A stretch of 10,324 nucleotides of DNA from a virus (lineage: Duplodnaviria; Heunggongvirae; Uroviricota; Caudoviricetes): the IMG/VR virus record IMGVR_UViG_2648501400_000005; one strand, written 5' to 3'. The notes beneath the pieces were generated by a model, which made no database searches, had not been told where the DNA came from, and saw only the letters and a program-made list of their open reading frames with translations. Below, one piece after another: positions 1-7,870 of this stretch; the first letter of the stretch is position 1; the number at the start of each line of letters is the position of its first letter. A program made the position numbers and the translations under genes.

Positions 1-405
1 AATATCTGGAGCACTGGAGGTATCAACCAGTTCCAGTGCGTCCAGATAATCCAGCCACAAATTATATTGCACCAGTTCCTCACCTTTCAGGCGACCAATC
101 GCCGCTTTACCAGGCCATTGCTTACTGTTTATGTATTCGTTGACCTGATTAATCAATTGCTGCTTTTTCAGTTCGGCTGCGGCAATTTGTTCCTCATGAG
201 TTGGCGGTGGAATATCAATCCATGCAGGCATTCCGTCGATGACACCTCTGTATTTTCCTTCTGGTGCTTCCTTCATAAATTCGGCGGCAACAGTGTCGTC
301 AATTTCGATTCCATCATCGGGCCATTCGCCGGATTCCTGATAAGCGATTTTAAGCTCCACAGGGAAAAACGCATTTTTATCGGCACTGAAAATATATTTC
401 TGCAT
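1..405 (-). CDS. Tail fibre assembly protein (Tfa/U family); N-terminal 135 codons in window, C-terminus runs off the left edge
   Basis: My own translation of the minus strand from the ATG at 405-403 gives MQKYIFSADKNAFFPVELKIAYQESGEWPDDGIEIDD...ELVDTSSAPDI with no stop before position 1. The ending resembles the conserved Tfa C-terminal motif (lambda Tfa ...DTSTAPDIEWP). An SD-like AGGACGG lies just upstream on the minus strand. It is absent from the supplied ORF track because it leaves the window. Confidence 0.8.
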   Translation of the reverse strand, partial: MQKYIFSADKNAFFPVELKIAYQESGEWPDDGIEIDDTVAAEFMKEAPEGKYRGVIDGMPAWIDIPPPTHEEQIAAAELKKQQLINQVNEYINSKQWPGKAAIGRLKGEELVQYNLWLDYLDALELVDTSSAPDI

Positions 406-407
406 TT

Positions 408-806
408 CTACCGTCCTATCGAAATATAACTGAATCTGTATTGCTGTGAGATATCACTGGTTGCCACACGCCACGCTGAATTACTGATATGTTCAAAATT
501 TACAGACAAAACCTGCGGGGCAGGACTCGACGGGTCTGACTGAACGGCATCAGACATAACACTGACTGAAACCATCGGCTGATTAGGGAATGGTATAGGG
601 AAGTGTCCACTGATAAAGCGGGTCGTGTTTCCTGAAAAAGTGCCAAACTGAACAATATATCCACCTGGTAGCCTGAACCATCCCGAACCAGAAGCGAATG
701 CTCCCATATCCGGTATCTGATTATCTCCTGTGCCCACATCCCTTTTCGCCGCTTCTCCCAAACCAACGTTTATGAAAATGCAGAGATAACGGGCAACTGG
801 CATCAT
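408..806 (-). CDS. Tail fibre C-terminal variable segment (Mu S'v / e14 StfE-like cassette), probably the silent copy in the present orientation; the 5' boundary is not a real start
   Basis: Minus-strand ORF whose stop (410-408) sits 2 nt before the tfa ATG (405-403), suggesting coupling. The reading frame runs through the candidate crossover site at 753-778. Its position right next to the invertase gene matches the Mu G-segment and e14 layout. Assignment is by synteny; I cannot confirm homology by eye. Confidence 0.5.
   Translation of the reverse strand: MMPVARYLCIFINVGLGEAAKRDVGTGDNQIPDMGAFASGSGWFRLPGGYIVQFGTFSGNTTRFISGHFPIPFPNQPMVSVSVMSDAVQSDPSSPAPQVLSVNFEHISNSAWRVATSDISQQYRFSYISIGR
753..778. 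other. Candidate 26-bp DNA-invertase crossover site (hix/gix/pix-like) with central AA dinucleotide
   Basis: Sequence TTCTCCCAAACC-AA-CGTTTATGAAAA is an imperfect dyad. It closely resembles hixL as I recall it (TTCTTGAAAACCAAGGTTTTTGATAA). It lies about 55 bp upstream of the invertase start and inside the tail-fibre reading frame. Confidence 0.6.
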
Positions 807-833
807 CTCCGGTTTTTATTCAGGGGGATGCTC

Positions 834-1427
834 ATGCTTATTGGCTATGTACGCGTGTCAACAAATGACCAGAACACGGAATTGCAGCGTAACGCGCTGG
901 AGTGCGCAGGATGTGAGCTGATTTTTGAGGATAAAATCAGCGGCACTAAGTCCGACCGACCGGGACTGAAAAAACTGCTCAGGACATTATCGGAGGGGGA
1001 TACACTGGTGGTCTGGAAGCTGGACAGGCTGGGGCGTAGTATGCGGCATCTGGTCATTCTGGTTGAGGAACTGCGCGAACGCGGCGTTAATTTTCGCAGC
1101 CTGACGGATGCTATTGATACCAGCACGCCGATGGGGCGTTTTTTCTTTCATGTGATGGGTGCCCTGGCTGAAATGGAACGAGAACTCATTGTCGAGCGGA
1201 CACGCGCCGGACTGGAAGCGGCCAGAGCTAAAGGTCGTATTGGTGGCAGACGTCCGAAGCTCACCGCGAGTGAGTGGGAACAGGCAGGACGGTTGCTGGC
1301 TGCGGGTGAATCACGTCAACGCGTGGCGCTGATTTTTGATATTGGCCTGTCCACGCTCTATAAAAAATTCCCCTCATCAGCGACAAAAAATAAATTGTGC
1401 CATCCCTTAGCCAACCGGGACAAATAG
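834..1427 (+). CDS. Serine recombinase, DNA invertase of the Gin/Cin/Pin/Hin family
   Basis: Translation MLIGYVRVSTNDQNT...DRPGLKKLL...VVWKLDRLGRS...MGRFFFHVMGALAEMERELI...GRIGGRRPKL...LSTLYKK has the catalytic-serine motif (YVRVSTNDQ) and a C-terminal HTH typical of Gin/Pin. The start is set at ATG 834 (GGGGGA 823-828, 5-nt spacer), not the track's ATG 828, which has no spacer. Confidence 0.9.
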   Translation: MLIGYVRVSTNDQNTELQRNALECAGCELIFEDKISGTKSDRPGLKKLLRTLSEGDTLVVWKLDRLGRSMRHLVILVEELRERGVNFRSLTDAIDTSTPMGRFFFHVMGALAEMERELIVERTRAGLEAARAKGRIGGRRPKLTASEWEQAGRLLAAGESRQRVALIFDIGLSTLYKKFPSSATKNKLCHPLANRDK

Positions 1428-1486
1428 CCTGACATCTCCGGCACAACTGAAAATATCACTCACCCATTAACCACGGAGTTAAACGG

Positions 1487-2677
1487 ATGAGTGACTATCA
1501 TCACGGCGTGCAGGTGCTGGAGATTAACGACGGCACCCGTGTCATTTCCACCGTATCCACTGCCATTGTTGGCATGGTCTGCACGGCCAGCGATGCGGAT
1601 GCGGAAACCTTCCCCCTCAATAAACCGGTGCTGATTACCAATGTGCAGAGCGCAATTGCAAAGGCCGGTAAAAAAGGCACGCTGGCGGCATCGTTGCAGG
1701 CTATCGCCGACCAGTCAAAACCGGTCACCGTTGTTGTGCGCGTGGAGGACGGCACCGGCGACGACGAAGAAACGAAACTTGCGCAGACCGTTTCCAATAT
1801 CATCGGCACCACCGACGAAAACGGTCAGTACACCGGACTGAAAGCCCTGCTGGCGGCGGAGTCAGTAACCGGTGTTAAACCGCGTATTCTCGGCGTGCCG
1901 GGACTGGACACCAAAGAGGTGGCTGTTGCACTGGCATCAGTCTGTCAGAAGCTGCGCGCTTTCGGGTATATCAGCGCATGGGGCTGTAAGACCATTTCCG
2001 AGGTGAAAGCCTACCGCCAGAATTTCAGCCAGCGTGAGCTGATGGTCATCTGGCCGGATTTCCTCGCATGGGATACGGTCGCCAGTACCACCGCCACCGC
2101 GTATGCCACCGCCCGTGCGCTGGGCCTGCGCGCTAAAATCGACCAGGAGCAGGGCTGGCATAAAACGCTGTCCAACGTCGGGGTAAACGGTGTTACCGGC
2201 ATCAGTGCCTCTGTATTCTGGGATTTGCAGGAGTCCGGCACCGATGCTGACCTGTTGAACGAGTCAGGTGTCACAACGTTGATTCGCCGTGACGGTTTCC
2301 GCTTCTGGAGTAACCGTACCTGCTCGGATGACCCGCTGTTCCTCTTTGAAAACTATACCCGCACCGCGCAGGTGCTGGCCGACACGATGGCTGAGGCGCA
2401 CATGTGGGCGGTGGACAAGCCCATCACCGCAACGCTGATTCGCGACATTGTTGACGGCATCAATGCCAAATTCCGTGAGCTGAAAACAAACGGCTATATC
2501 GTGGATGCGACCTGCTGGTTCAGCGAAGAATCCAACGATGCGGAAACCCTCAAGGCCGGAAAACTGTATATCGACTACGACTATACACCGGTGCCTCCTC
2601 TTGAAAACCTGACCCTGCGCCAGCGTATTACCGATAAATACCTGGCAAATCTGGTCACCTCGGTTAACAGCAATTAA
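1487..2677 (+). CDS. FI: Contractile tail sheath protein (P2 gpFI homologue)
   Basis: 396-aa ORF beginning MSDYHHGVQVLEINDGTRVISTV..., recognisable as P2 FI. GGAG lies upstream of the ATG. It is the first gene of the FI-FII-E-T-U-D block. Confidence 0.93.
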   Translation: MSDYHHGVQVLEINDGTRVISTVSTAIVGMVCTASDADAETFPLNKPVLITNVQSAIAKAGKKGTLAASLQAIADQSKPVTVVVRVEDGTGDDEETKLAQTVSNIIGTTDENGQYTGLKALLAAESVTGVKPRILGVPGLDTKEVAVALASVCQKLRAFGYISAWGCKTISEVKAYRQNFSQRELMVIWPDFLAWDTVASTTATAYATARALGLRAKIDQEQGWHKTLSNVGVNGVTGISASVFWDLQESGTDADLLNESGVTTLIRRDGFRFWSNRTCSDDPLFLFENYTRTAQVLADTMAEAHMWAVDKPITATLIRDIVDGINAKFRELKTNGYIVDATCWFSEESNDAETLKAGKLYIDYDYTPVPPLENLTLRQRITDKYLANLVTSVNSN

Positions 2678-2689
2678 GGAGCCTGACCG

Positions 2690-3208
2690 ATGGCAATGCC
2701 GCGCAAACTCAAGTTAATGAACGTCTTTCTGAACGGCTACAGCTATCAGGGCGTCGCGAAGTCCGTCACGCTACCAAAACTGACCCGTAAGCTCGAAAAC
2801 TATCGCGGTGCGGGGATGAACGGCAGCGCACCGGTAGACCTCGGCCTTGATGACGATGCGCTGTCAATGGAGTGGTCGCTCGGTGGCTTCCCGGATTCGG
2901 TTATCTGGGAGCTTTACGCCGCAACCGGTGTGGATTCCGTACCGATTCGTTTTGCAGGCTCTTACCAGCGCGACGATACCGGCGAAACGGTGGCCGTCGA
3001 GGTGGTCATGCGTGGACGTCAGAAAGAAATCGACACCGGCGAGGGCAAACAGGGAGAAGACACCGAGTCGAAAATCTCCGTGGTCTGCACCTATTTCCGG
3101 CTGACGATGGACGGTAAGGAGCTGGTCGAAATCGACACCATCAACATGATTGAGAAGGTGAACGGCGTCGACCGGCTGGAGCAACACCGCCGCAATATCG
3201 GCCTGTGA
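2690..3208 (+). CDS. FII: Tail tube protein (P2 gpFII homologue)
   Basis: 172-aa ORF MAMPRKLKLMNVFLNGYSYQGVAKSV... with AAGGAG 2676-2681 upstream, starting 12 nt after the FI stop. Confidence 0.92.
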   Translation: MAMPRKLKLMNVFLNGYSYQGVAKSVTLPKLTRKLENYRGAGMNGSAPVDLGLDDDALSMEWSLGGFPDSVIWELYAATGVDSVPIRFAGSYQRDDTGETVAVEVVMRGRQKEIDTGEGKQGEDTESKISVVCTYFRLTMDGKELVEIDTINMIEKVNGVDRLEQHRRNIGL

Positions 3209-3264
3209 TTTTCATCCGGTCAGCCTGGCTGACCGGTTAACCCCGATTCAGAAGTGAGAAAACC

Positions 3265-3540
3265 ATGAACAAAGAAAATGTGATTACCCTGGACAATCCG
3301 GTCAAGCGTGGTGAGCAGGTTATCGAACAGGTCACGCTGATGAAACCTAATGCCGGGACGCTGCGCGGTGTCAGTCTGGCTGCGGTCGCGAACTCCGAAG
3401 TCGATGCACTGATTAAGGTGCTGCCGCGCATGACGGCACCGATGCTGACCGAGCAGGAAGTCGCCGCGCTGGAACTGCCTGACCTTGTGGCGCTGGCCGG
3501 TAAGGTGGTCGGTTTTTTGTCGCCGAACTCGGTGCGGTAA
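3265..3540 (+). CDS. E: Tail assembly chaperone E (P2 gpE homologue), zero-frame product
   Basis: 91-aa ORF MNKENVITLDNPVKRGEQVIEQVTLMKPNAG... in the position and at the size of P2 E. It contains a T6G slippery run near its 3' end. Confidence 0.9.
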   Translation: MNKENVITLDNPVKRGEQVIEQVTLMKPNAGTLRGVSLAAVANSEVDALIKVLPRMTAPMLTEQEVAALELPDLVALAGKVVGFLSPNSVR

Positions 3541-3692
3541 CGTTCCCGAAAAATCTCTCGGTCGATGACCTGATGGCGGATGTGGCAGTGATATTTCACT
3601 GGCCGCCATCAGAACTGTATCCCATGAGCCTGACCGAACTCATCACATGGCGCGAAAAGGCGCTCCGGCGAAGCGGAAACACGAATGAGTAA
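3265..3692 (+). CDS. E': Tail assembly chaperone E+E', produced by a programmed -1 ribosomal frameshift at 3513-3519 (predicted 142 aa)
   Basis: The -1 frame is open from 3519 (VAELGAVTFPKNLSVDDLMADVAVIFHWPPSELYPMSLTELITWREKALRRSGNTNE) to a TAA at 3690-3692, overlapping the T start at 3685. P2 is known to make E+E' this way, analogous to lambda G/GT. Confidence 0.7.
3513..3519 (+). other. Slippery heptamer T_TTT_TTG for the E/E' -1 frameshift
   Basis: Seen directly: GGT TTT TTG in the E frame. A -1 slip continues into a 57-codon open frame. Confidence 0.7.
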
Positions 3693-6132
3693 CAATGTAA
3701 AATTACAGGTATTGCTCAGGGCTGTTGACCAGGCATCCCGCCCGTTTAAATCCATCCGCACAGCGAGTAAGTCGCTGTCGGGGGATATCCGGGAAACACA
3801 AAAATCACTGCGCGAGCTGAACGGTCACGCATCCCGTATTGAGGGATTTCGCAAGACCAGCGCACAGCTTGCCGTGACTGGTCATGCACTTGAAAAGGCA
3901 CGGCAGGAAGCCGAAGCCCTTGCCACACAGTTTAAAAACACTGAACGTCCGACCCGTGCTCAGGCGAAAGTGCTGGAATCCGCAAAGCGTGCGGCGGAGG
4001 ACTTACAGGCGAAATATAACCGCCTGACAGATTCCATTAAACGCCAGCAGCGGGAACTGGCCGCTGTGGGAATTAATACCCGCAATCTTGCACATGATGA
4101 GCAGGGACTGAAAAACCGTATCAGTGAAACCACCGCACAGCTTAACCGTCAGCGTGACGCGCTGGCGCGTGTCAGTGCACAACAGGCAAAACTTAACGCA
4201 GTAAAACAGCGTTATCAGGCCGGAAAGGAACTGGCCGGAAATATGGCCTCAGTGGGCGCTGCCGGTGTGGGGATTGCTGCTGCGGGAACGATGGCCGGAG
4301 TTAAGTTGCTGATGCCCGGTTATGAGTTTGCGCAGAAAAACTCAGAATTGCAGGCTGTGCTCGGTGTGGCAAAAGACTCCGCCGAAATGACCGCACTACG
4401 CAAACAGGCGCGCCAGCTCGGCGACAATACCGCCGCCTCGGCGAATGATGCGGCCGGTGCACAGATAATCATCGCGAAAGCGGGTGGGGATGTTGATGCC
4501 ATTCAGGCGGCAACGCCGGTCACGCTGAATATGGCGCTGGCGAACCGCCGCACGATGGAAGAAAACGCCGCCCTGCTGATGGGGATGAAATCCGCCTTTC
4601 AGCTTTCAAACGATAAGGTCGCTCATATCGGGGATGTTCTCTCCATGACGATGAACAAAACCGCCGCCGATTTTGACGGCATGAGCGATGCGCTGACCTA
4701 TGCCGCACCTGTGGCAAAAAATGCCGGTGTCAGCATTGAAGAAACCGCCGCAATGGTCGGGGCGCTGCATGATGCAAAAATCACAGGCTCAATGGCGGGG
4801 ACGGGAAGCCGTGCCGTGTTAAGCCGCCTGCAGGCACCGACGGGAAAAGCATGGGATGCACTCAAAGAGCTTGGAGTGAAAACCTCAGACAGCAAGGGAA
4901 ACACCCGGCCAATATTTACCATTCTGAAAGAAATGCAGGCCAGTTTTGAGAAAAACCGGCTCGGTACTGCCCAGCAGGCTGAATACATGAAAACTATTTT
5001 CGGGGAGGAGGCCAGCTCAGCCGCCGCCGTGCTGATGACTGCCGCCTCAACCGGAAAGCTGGACAAACTGACCGCTGCGTTTAAAGCCTCAGACGGGAAG
5101 ACCGCCGAGCTGGTAAATATCATGCAGGACAACCTAGGCGGTGACTTTAAGGAGTTTCAGTCCGCTTATGAGGCGGTGGGGACTGACCTGTTTGACCAGC
5201 AGGAAGGCGCACTGCGTAAGCTCACGCAGACGGCCACAAAGTATGTGTTAAAACTCGACGGCTGGATACAGAAAAACAAATCACTGGCGTCAACCATCGG
5301 CATCATTGTCGGTGGTGCACTGGCGCTGACTGGTGTCATCGGTGCCATTGGCCTCATAGCCTGGCCGGTTATCACCGGCATCAATGCCATCATCGCGGCA
5401 GCAGGCGCAATGGGGGCAATCTTCACGACGGTTGGCAGTGCTGTTATGACCGCCATCGGGGCGATTAGCTGGCCGGTTGTGGCCGTGGTGGCCGCCATTG
5501 TCGCCGGGGCGTTGCTTATCCGTAAATACTGGGAGCCTGTCAGCGCATTCTTTGGCGGTGTGGTGGAAGGGCTGAAAGCGGCATTTGCGCCGGTGGGGGA
5601 ACTGTTCACGCCACTGAAACCGGTGTTTGACTGGCTGGGCGAAAAGTTACAGGCCGCGTGGCAGTGGTTTACAAACCTGATTGCTCCGGTTAAAGCCACC
5701 CAGGACACCCTGAACCGTTGCCGTGATACGGGCGTCATGTTCGGGCAGGCACTGGCTGACGCGCTGATGCTGCCGCTTAATGCGTTCAACAAACTGCGCA
5801 GCGGTATTGACTGGGTACTGGAAAAACTCGGTGTTATCAACAAAGAGTCAGACACACTTGACCAGACCGCCGCCAGAACTCATGCCGCCACGTATGGCAC
5901 CGGTGGTTATATTCCGGCGACCAGCTCTTATGCAGGCTATCAGGCTTATCAGCCGGTCACGGCACCGGCTGGCCGCTCTTATGTGGACCAGAGTAAAAAC
6001 GAATATCACATCAGCCTGACGGGTGGTACTGCGCCGGGGACACAGCTCGACCGCCAGTTACAGGATGCGCTCGAAAAATACGAGCGGGATAAACGTGCGC
6101 GCGCCCGTGCCAGCATGATGCATGACGGTTAA
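3685..6132 (+). CDS. T: Tail tape measure protein (P2 gpT homologue)
   Basis: 815-aa ORF with an N-terminal coiled-coil-like, Q/A/K/R-rich region, a central Ala/Gly-rich hydrophobic stretch (GIIVGGALALTGVIGAIGLIAWPV...) and the P2 T length. It immediately follows E/E'. Confidence 0.9.
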   Translation: MSNNVKLQVLLRAVDQASRPFKSIRTASKSLSGDIRETQKSLRELNGHASRIEGFRKTSAQLAVTGHALEKARQEAEALATQFKNTERPTRAQAKVLESAKRAAEDLQAKYNRLTDSIKRQQRELAAVGINTRNLAHDEQGLKNRISETTAQLNRQRDALARVSAQQAKLNAVKQRYQAGKELAGNMASVGAAGVGIAAAGTMAGVKLLMPGYEFAQKNSELQAVLGVAKDSAEMTALRKQARQLGDNTAASANDAAGAQIIIAKAGGDVDAIQAATPVTLNMALANRRTMEENAALLMGMKSAFQLSNDKVAHIGDVLSMTMNKTAADFDGMSDALTYAAPVAKNAGVSIEETAAMVGALHDAKITGSMAGTGSRAVLSRLQAPTGKAWDALKELGVKTSDSKGNTRPIFTILKEMQASFEKNRLGTAQQAEYMKTIFGEEASSAAAVLMTAASTGKLDKLTAAFKASDGKTAELVNIMQDNLGGDFKEFQSAYEAVGTDLFDQQEGALRKLTQTATKYVLKLDGWIQKNKSLASTIGIIVGGALALTGVIGAIGLIAWPVITGINAIIAAAGAMGAIFTTVGSAVMTAIGAISWPVVAVVAAIVAGALLIRKYWEPVSAFFGGVVEGLKAAFAPVGELFTPLKPVFDWLGEKLQAAWQWFTNLIAPVKATQDTLNRCRDTGVMFGQALADALMLPLNAFNKLRSGIDWVLEKLGVINKESDTLDQTAARTHAATYGTGGYIPATSSYAGYQAYQPVTAPAGRSYVDQSKNEYHISLTGGTAPGTQLDRQLQDALEKYERDKRARARASMMHDG

Positions 6133-6146
6133 GGAGGTGACGAAAA

Positions 6147-6626
6147 ATGATGCTCGCGTTAGGTATGTTTGTTTTTATGCGCCAGACGCTGCCACACCAG
6201 ACCATGCAGCGTGAATCAGATTATCGCTGGCCGTCAAATTCCCGTATCGGTAAACGGGATGCCTTTCAGTTTCTCGGTGTTGGCGAGGAAAACATCACGC
6301 TTGCCGGTGTGCTTTATCCCGAGCTGACCGGCGGAAAGCTGACGATGACTACGCTCAGGCTGATGGCAGAGGAAGGCCGGGCGTGGCCGTTGCTGGATGG
6401 CACCGGCATGATTTACGGCATGTATGTCATCAGCAGGGTGAGTGAAACAGGGAGTATTTTCTTTGCAGACGGCACCCCCCGAAAAATTGATTTTACGCTG
6501 TCGCTCACCCGCGTTGATGAATCACTGGCCGCGCTTTATGGCGATATCGGTAAACAGGCGGAATCGCTCATCGGTAAGGCTGGCAGTATGGCGACTAAAT
6601 TCACGGGTATGACGGGGGCGGGATAA
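6147..6626 (+). CDS. U: Tail protein U (P2 gpU homologue)
   Basis: 159-aa ORF with AAGGAGGTGA 6131-6140 upstream, placed between T and D as in P2. Confidence 0.9.
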   Translation: MMLALGMFVFMRQTLPHQTMQRESDYRWPSNSRIGKRDAFQFLGVGEENITLAGVLYPELTGGKLTMTTLRLMAEEGRAWPLLDGTGMIYGMYVISRVSETGSIFFADGTPRKIDFTLSLTRVDESLAALYGDIGKQAESLIGKAGSMATKFTGMTGAG

Positions 6627-7789
6627 TGCTGGATGCGCTGACATTTGATGCAGGCAGTACGCTGACGCCGGATTACATGCTGATGCTCGACAGCAGGGAT
6701 ATTACCGGCAATATCAGCGACCGTCTGATGAGCATGACTCTGACGGATAACCGGGGCTTTGAGGCTGACCAGCTTGATATTGAACTGAACGATGTCGACG
6801 GGCAGGTCGAACTGCCGGTTCGTGGCGCTGTCCTGACGGTGTATATCGGCTGGAAAGGTTTTGCCCTGGTATGCAAAGGGAAATTCACCGTTGATGAGGT
6901 AGAACACCGGGGCGCGCCGGATGTGGTCACCATCCGGGCCCGGAGTGCAGATTTTCGTGGCACGCTCAATTCCCGCCGTGAAGGCTCCTGGCATGACACC
7001 ACGCTCGGTGCGATTGTTGAGGCGATAGCCTCCCGTAACAGGCTGGAAGCCAGTGTCGCTCCGTCACTGGCCGGAATTAAAATCCCGCACATCGACCAGT
7101 CGCAGGAGTCTGATGCAAAATTCCTGACCCGCCTTGCTGAACGCAACGGCGGTGAGGTGTCGGTAAAAATGGGAAAACTGTTGTTTCTCAAAGCGGGGCA
7201 GGGGGTGACGGCCAGCGGTAAAAAAGTCCCGCAGGTCACCATAACCCGCAGCGACGGCGACCGCCATCATTTTGCGATTGCTGACCGTGGAGCCTATACC
7301 GGCGTAACGGCAAAGTGGTTACACACCAAAGACCCGAAGCCGCAAAAGCAGAAGGTAAAACTGAAACGCAAAAAGAAAGAGAAACACCTGCGCGCACTGG
7401 AGCACCCGAAAGCGAAACCAGTCACGCAGAAGAAAGCGCCAAAAGTACCGGAAGCGCGCGAAGGTGAATACATGGCCGGTGAGGCTGACAACGTTTTTGC
7501 ACTGACCACGGTATATGCCACGAAAGCACAGGCCATGCGCGCCGCTCAGGCGAAGTGGGATAAACTGCAACGGGGTGTAGCGGAGTTCTCCATCAGTCTG
7601 GCTACTGGTCGGGCAGATATTTACACGGAAACGCCGGTCAAAGTGTCAGGTTTTAAGCGCGTCATAGACGAGCAGGACTGGACAATCACTAAGGTGACAC
7701 ATTTTCTGAATAATAGCGGCTTCACGACGTCCTTGGAGCTTGAGGTCAGGCTTTCTGATGTGGAGTACGAAACAGAAGATGATGAGTGA
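6626..7789 (+). CDS. D: Tail protein D (P2 gpD homologue, late gene D)
   Basis: 387-aa ORF whose ATG overlaps the U stop (ATAATG at 6623-6628). It has a Lys-rich internal linker and is the last gene of the tail operon before ogr. Confidence 0.9.
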   Translation: MLDALTFDAGSTLTPDYMLMLDSRDITGNISDRLMSMTLTDNRGFEADQLDIELNDVDGQVELPVRGAVLTVYIGWKGFALVCKGKFTVDEVEHRGAPDVVTIRARSADFRGTLNSRREGSWHDTTLGAIVEAIASRNRLEASVAPSLAGIKIPHIDQSQESDAKFLTRLAERNGGEVSVKMGKLLFLKAGQGVTASGKKVPQVTITRSDGDRHHFAIADRGAYTGVTAKWLHTKDPKPQKQKVKLKRKKKEKHLRALEHPKAKPVTQKKAPKVPEAREGEYMAGEADNVFALTTVYATKAQAMRAAQAKWDKLQRGVAEFSISLATGRADIYTETPVKVSGFKRVIDEQDWTITKVTHFLNNSGFTTSLELEVRLSDVEYETEDDE

Positions 7790-7870
7790 TGTTTTTGTTT
7801 TATCTGTTTGTTTTATAAGGATAAATTAACTAAAATGGCACCATCAACAAAACCGGAAGAGGTGCTCGCG

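Noticed and set aside
67-429. Plus-strand 120-aa ORF from the track
   Set aside because: It is antisense to the tail fibre assembly gene whose Tfa-like translation I derived on the minus strand. Its own translation is low complexity (F/L/N rich) with no recognisable motif.
500-766. Minus-strand 88-aa ORF overlapping the tail-fibre segment in another frame
   Set aside because: Alternative-frame overlap of the 408-806 frame, which is the one contiguous with tfa and the crossover site. No independent support.
828-833. Upstream ATG (828) as the invertase start
   Set aside because: The G-rich SD-like run is directly adjacent to it with no spacer. Gin/Pin-family proteins begin MLIGYVRVS, which corresponds to ATG 834.
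845-1446. Minus-strand ORFs 845-1126 and 1261-1446 inside the invertase gene
   Set aside because: Antisense shadows of a well-supported recombinase gene.
1501-3609. Internal and antisense ORFs within FI/FII/E (for example 1501-1812 minus, 2847-3104 plus, 2864-3187 minus, 3220-3609 minus)
   Set aside because: They overlap strongly supported tail genes in other frames or strands. Their translations are Arg/Ser/Pro-rich, typical of off-frame GC-rich sequence.
3746-6205. Long antisense ORFs inside the tape measure gene (for example 5166-5855 minus 229 aa, 4698-5132 minus 144 aa)
   Set aside because: Repetitive, compositionally biased tape measure genes commonly produce long spurious antisense ORFs. 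None has an RBS or a recognisable fold.
6536-7570. Antisense and overlapping ORFs within U/D (for example 6536-6994 minus, 6673-7242 minus, 7319-7570 minus)
   Set aside because: Shadows of U and D. No start-site support.
7808-7870. 21-codon N-terminal extension of ogr from a TTG
   Set aside because: The Ogr family begins at MFHCPLCQ. The extension lacks an RBS and is not part of the recognisable protein.
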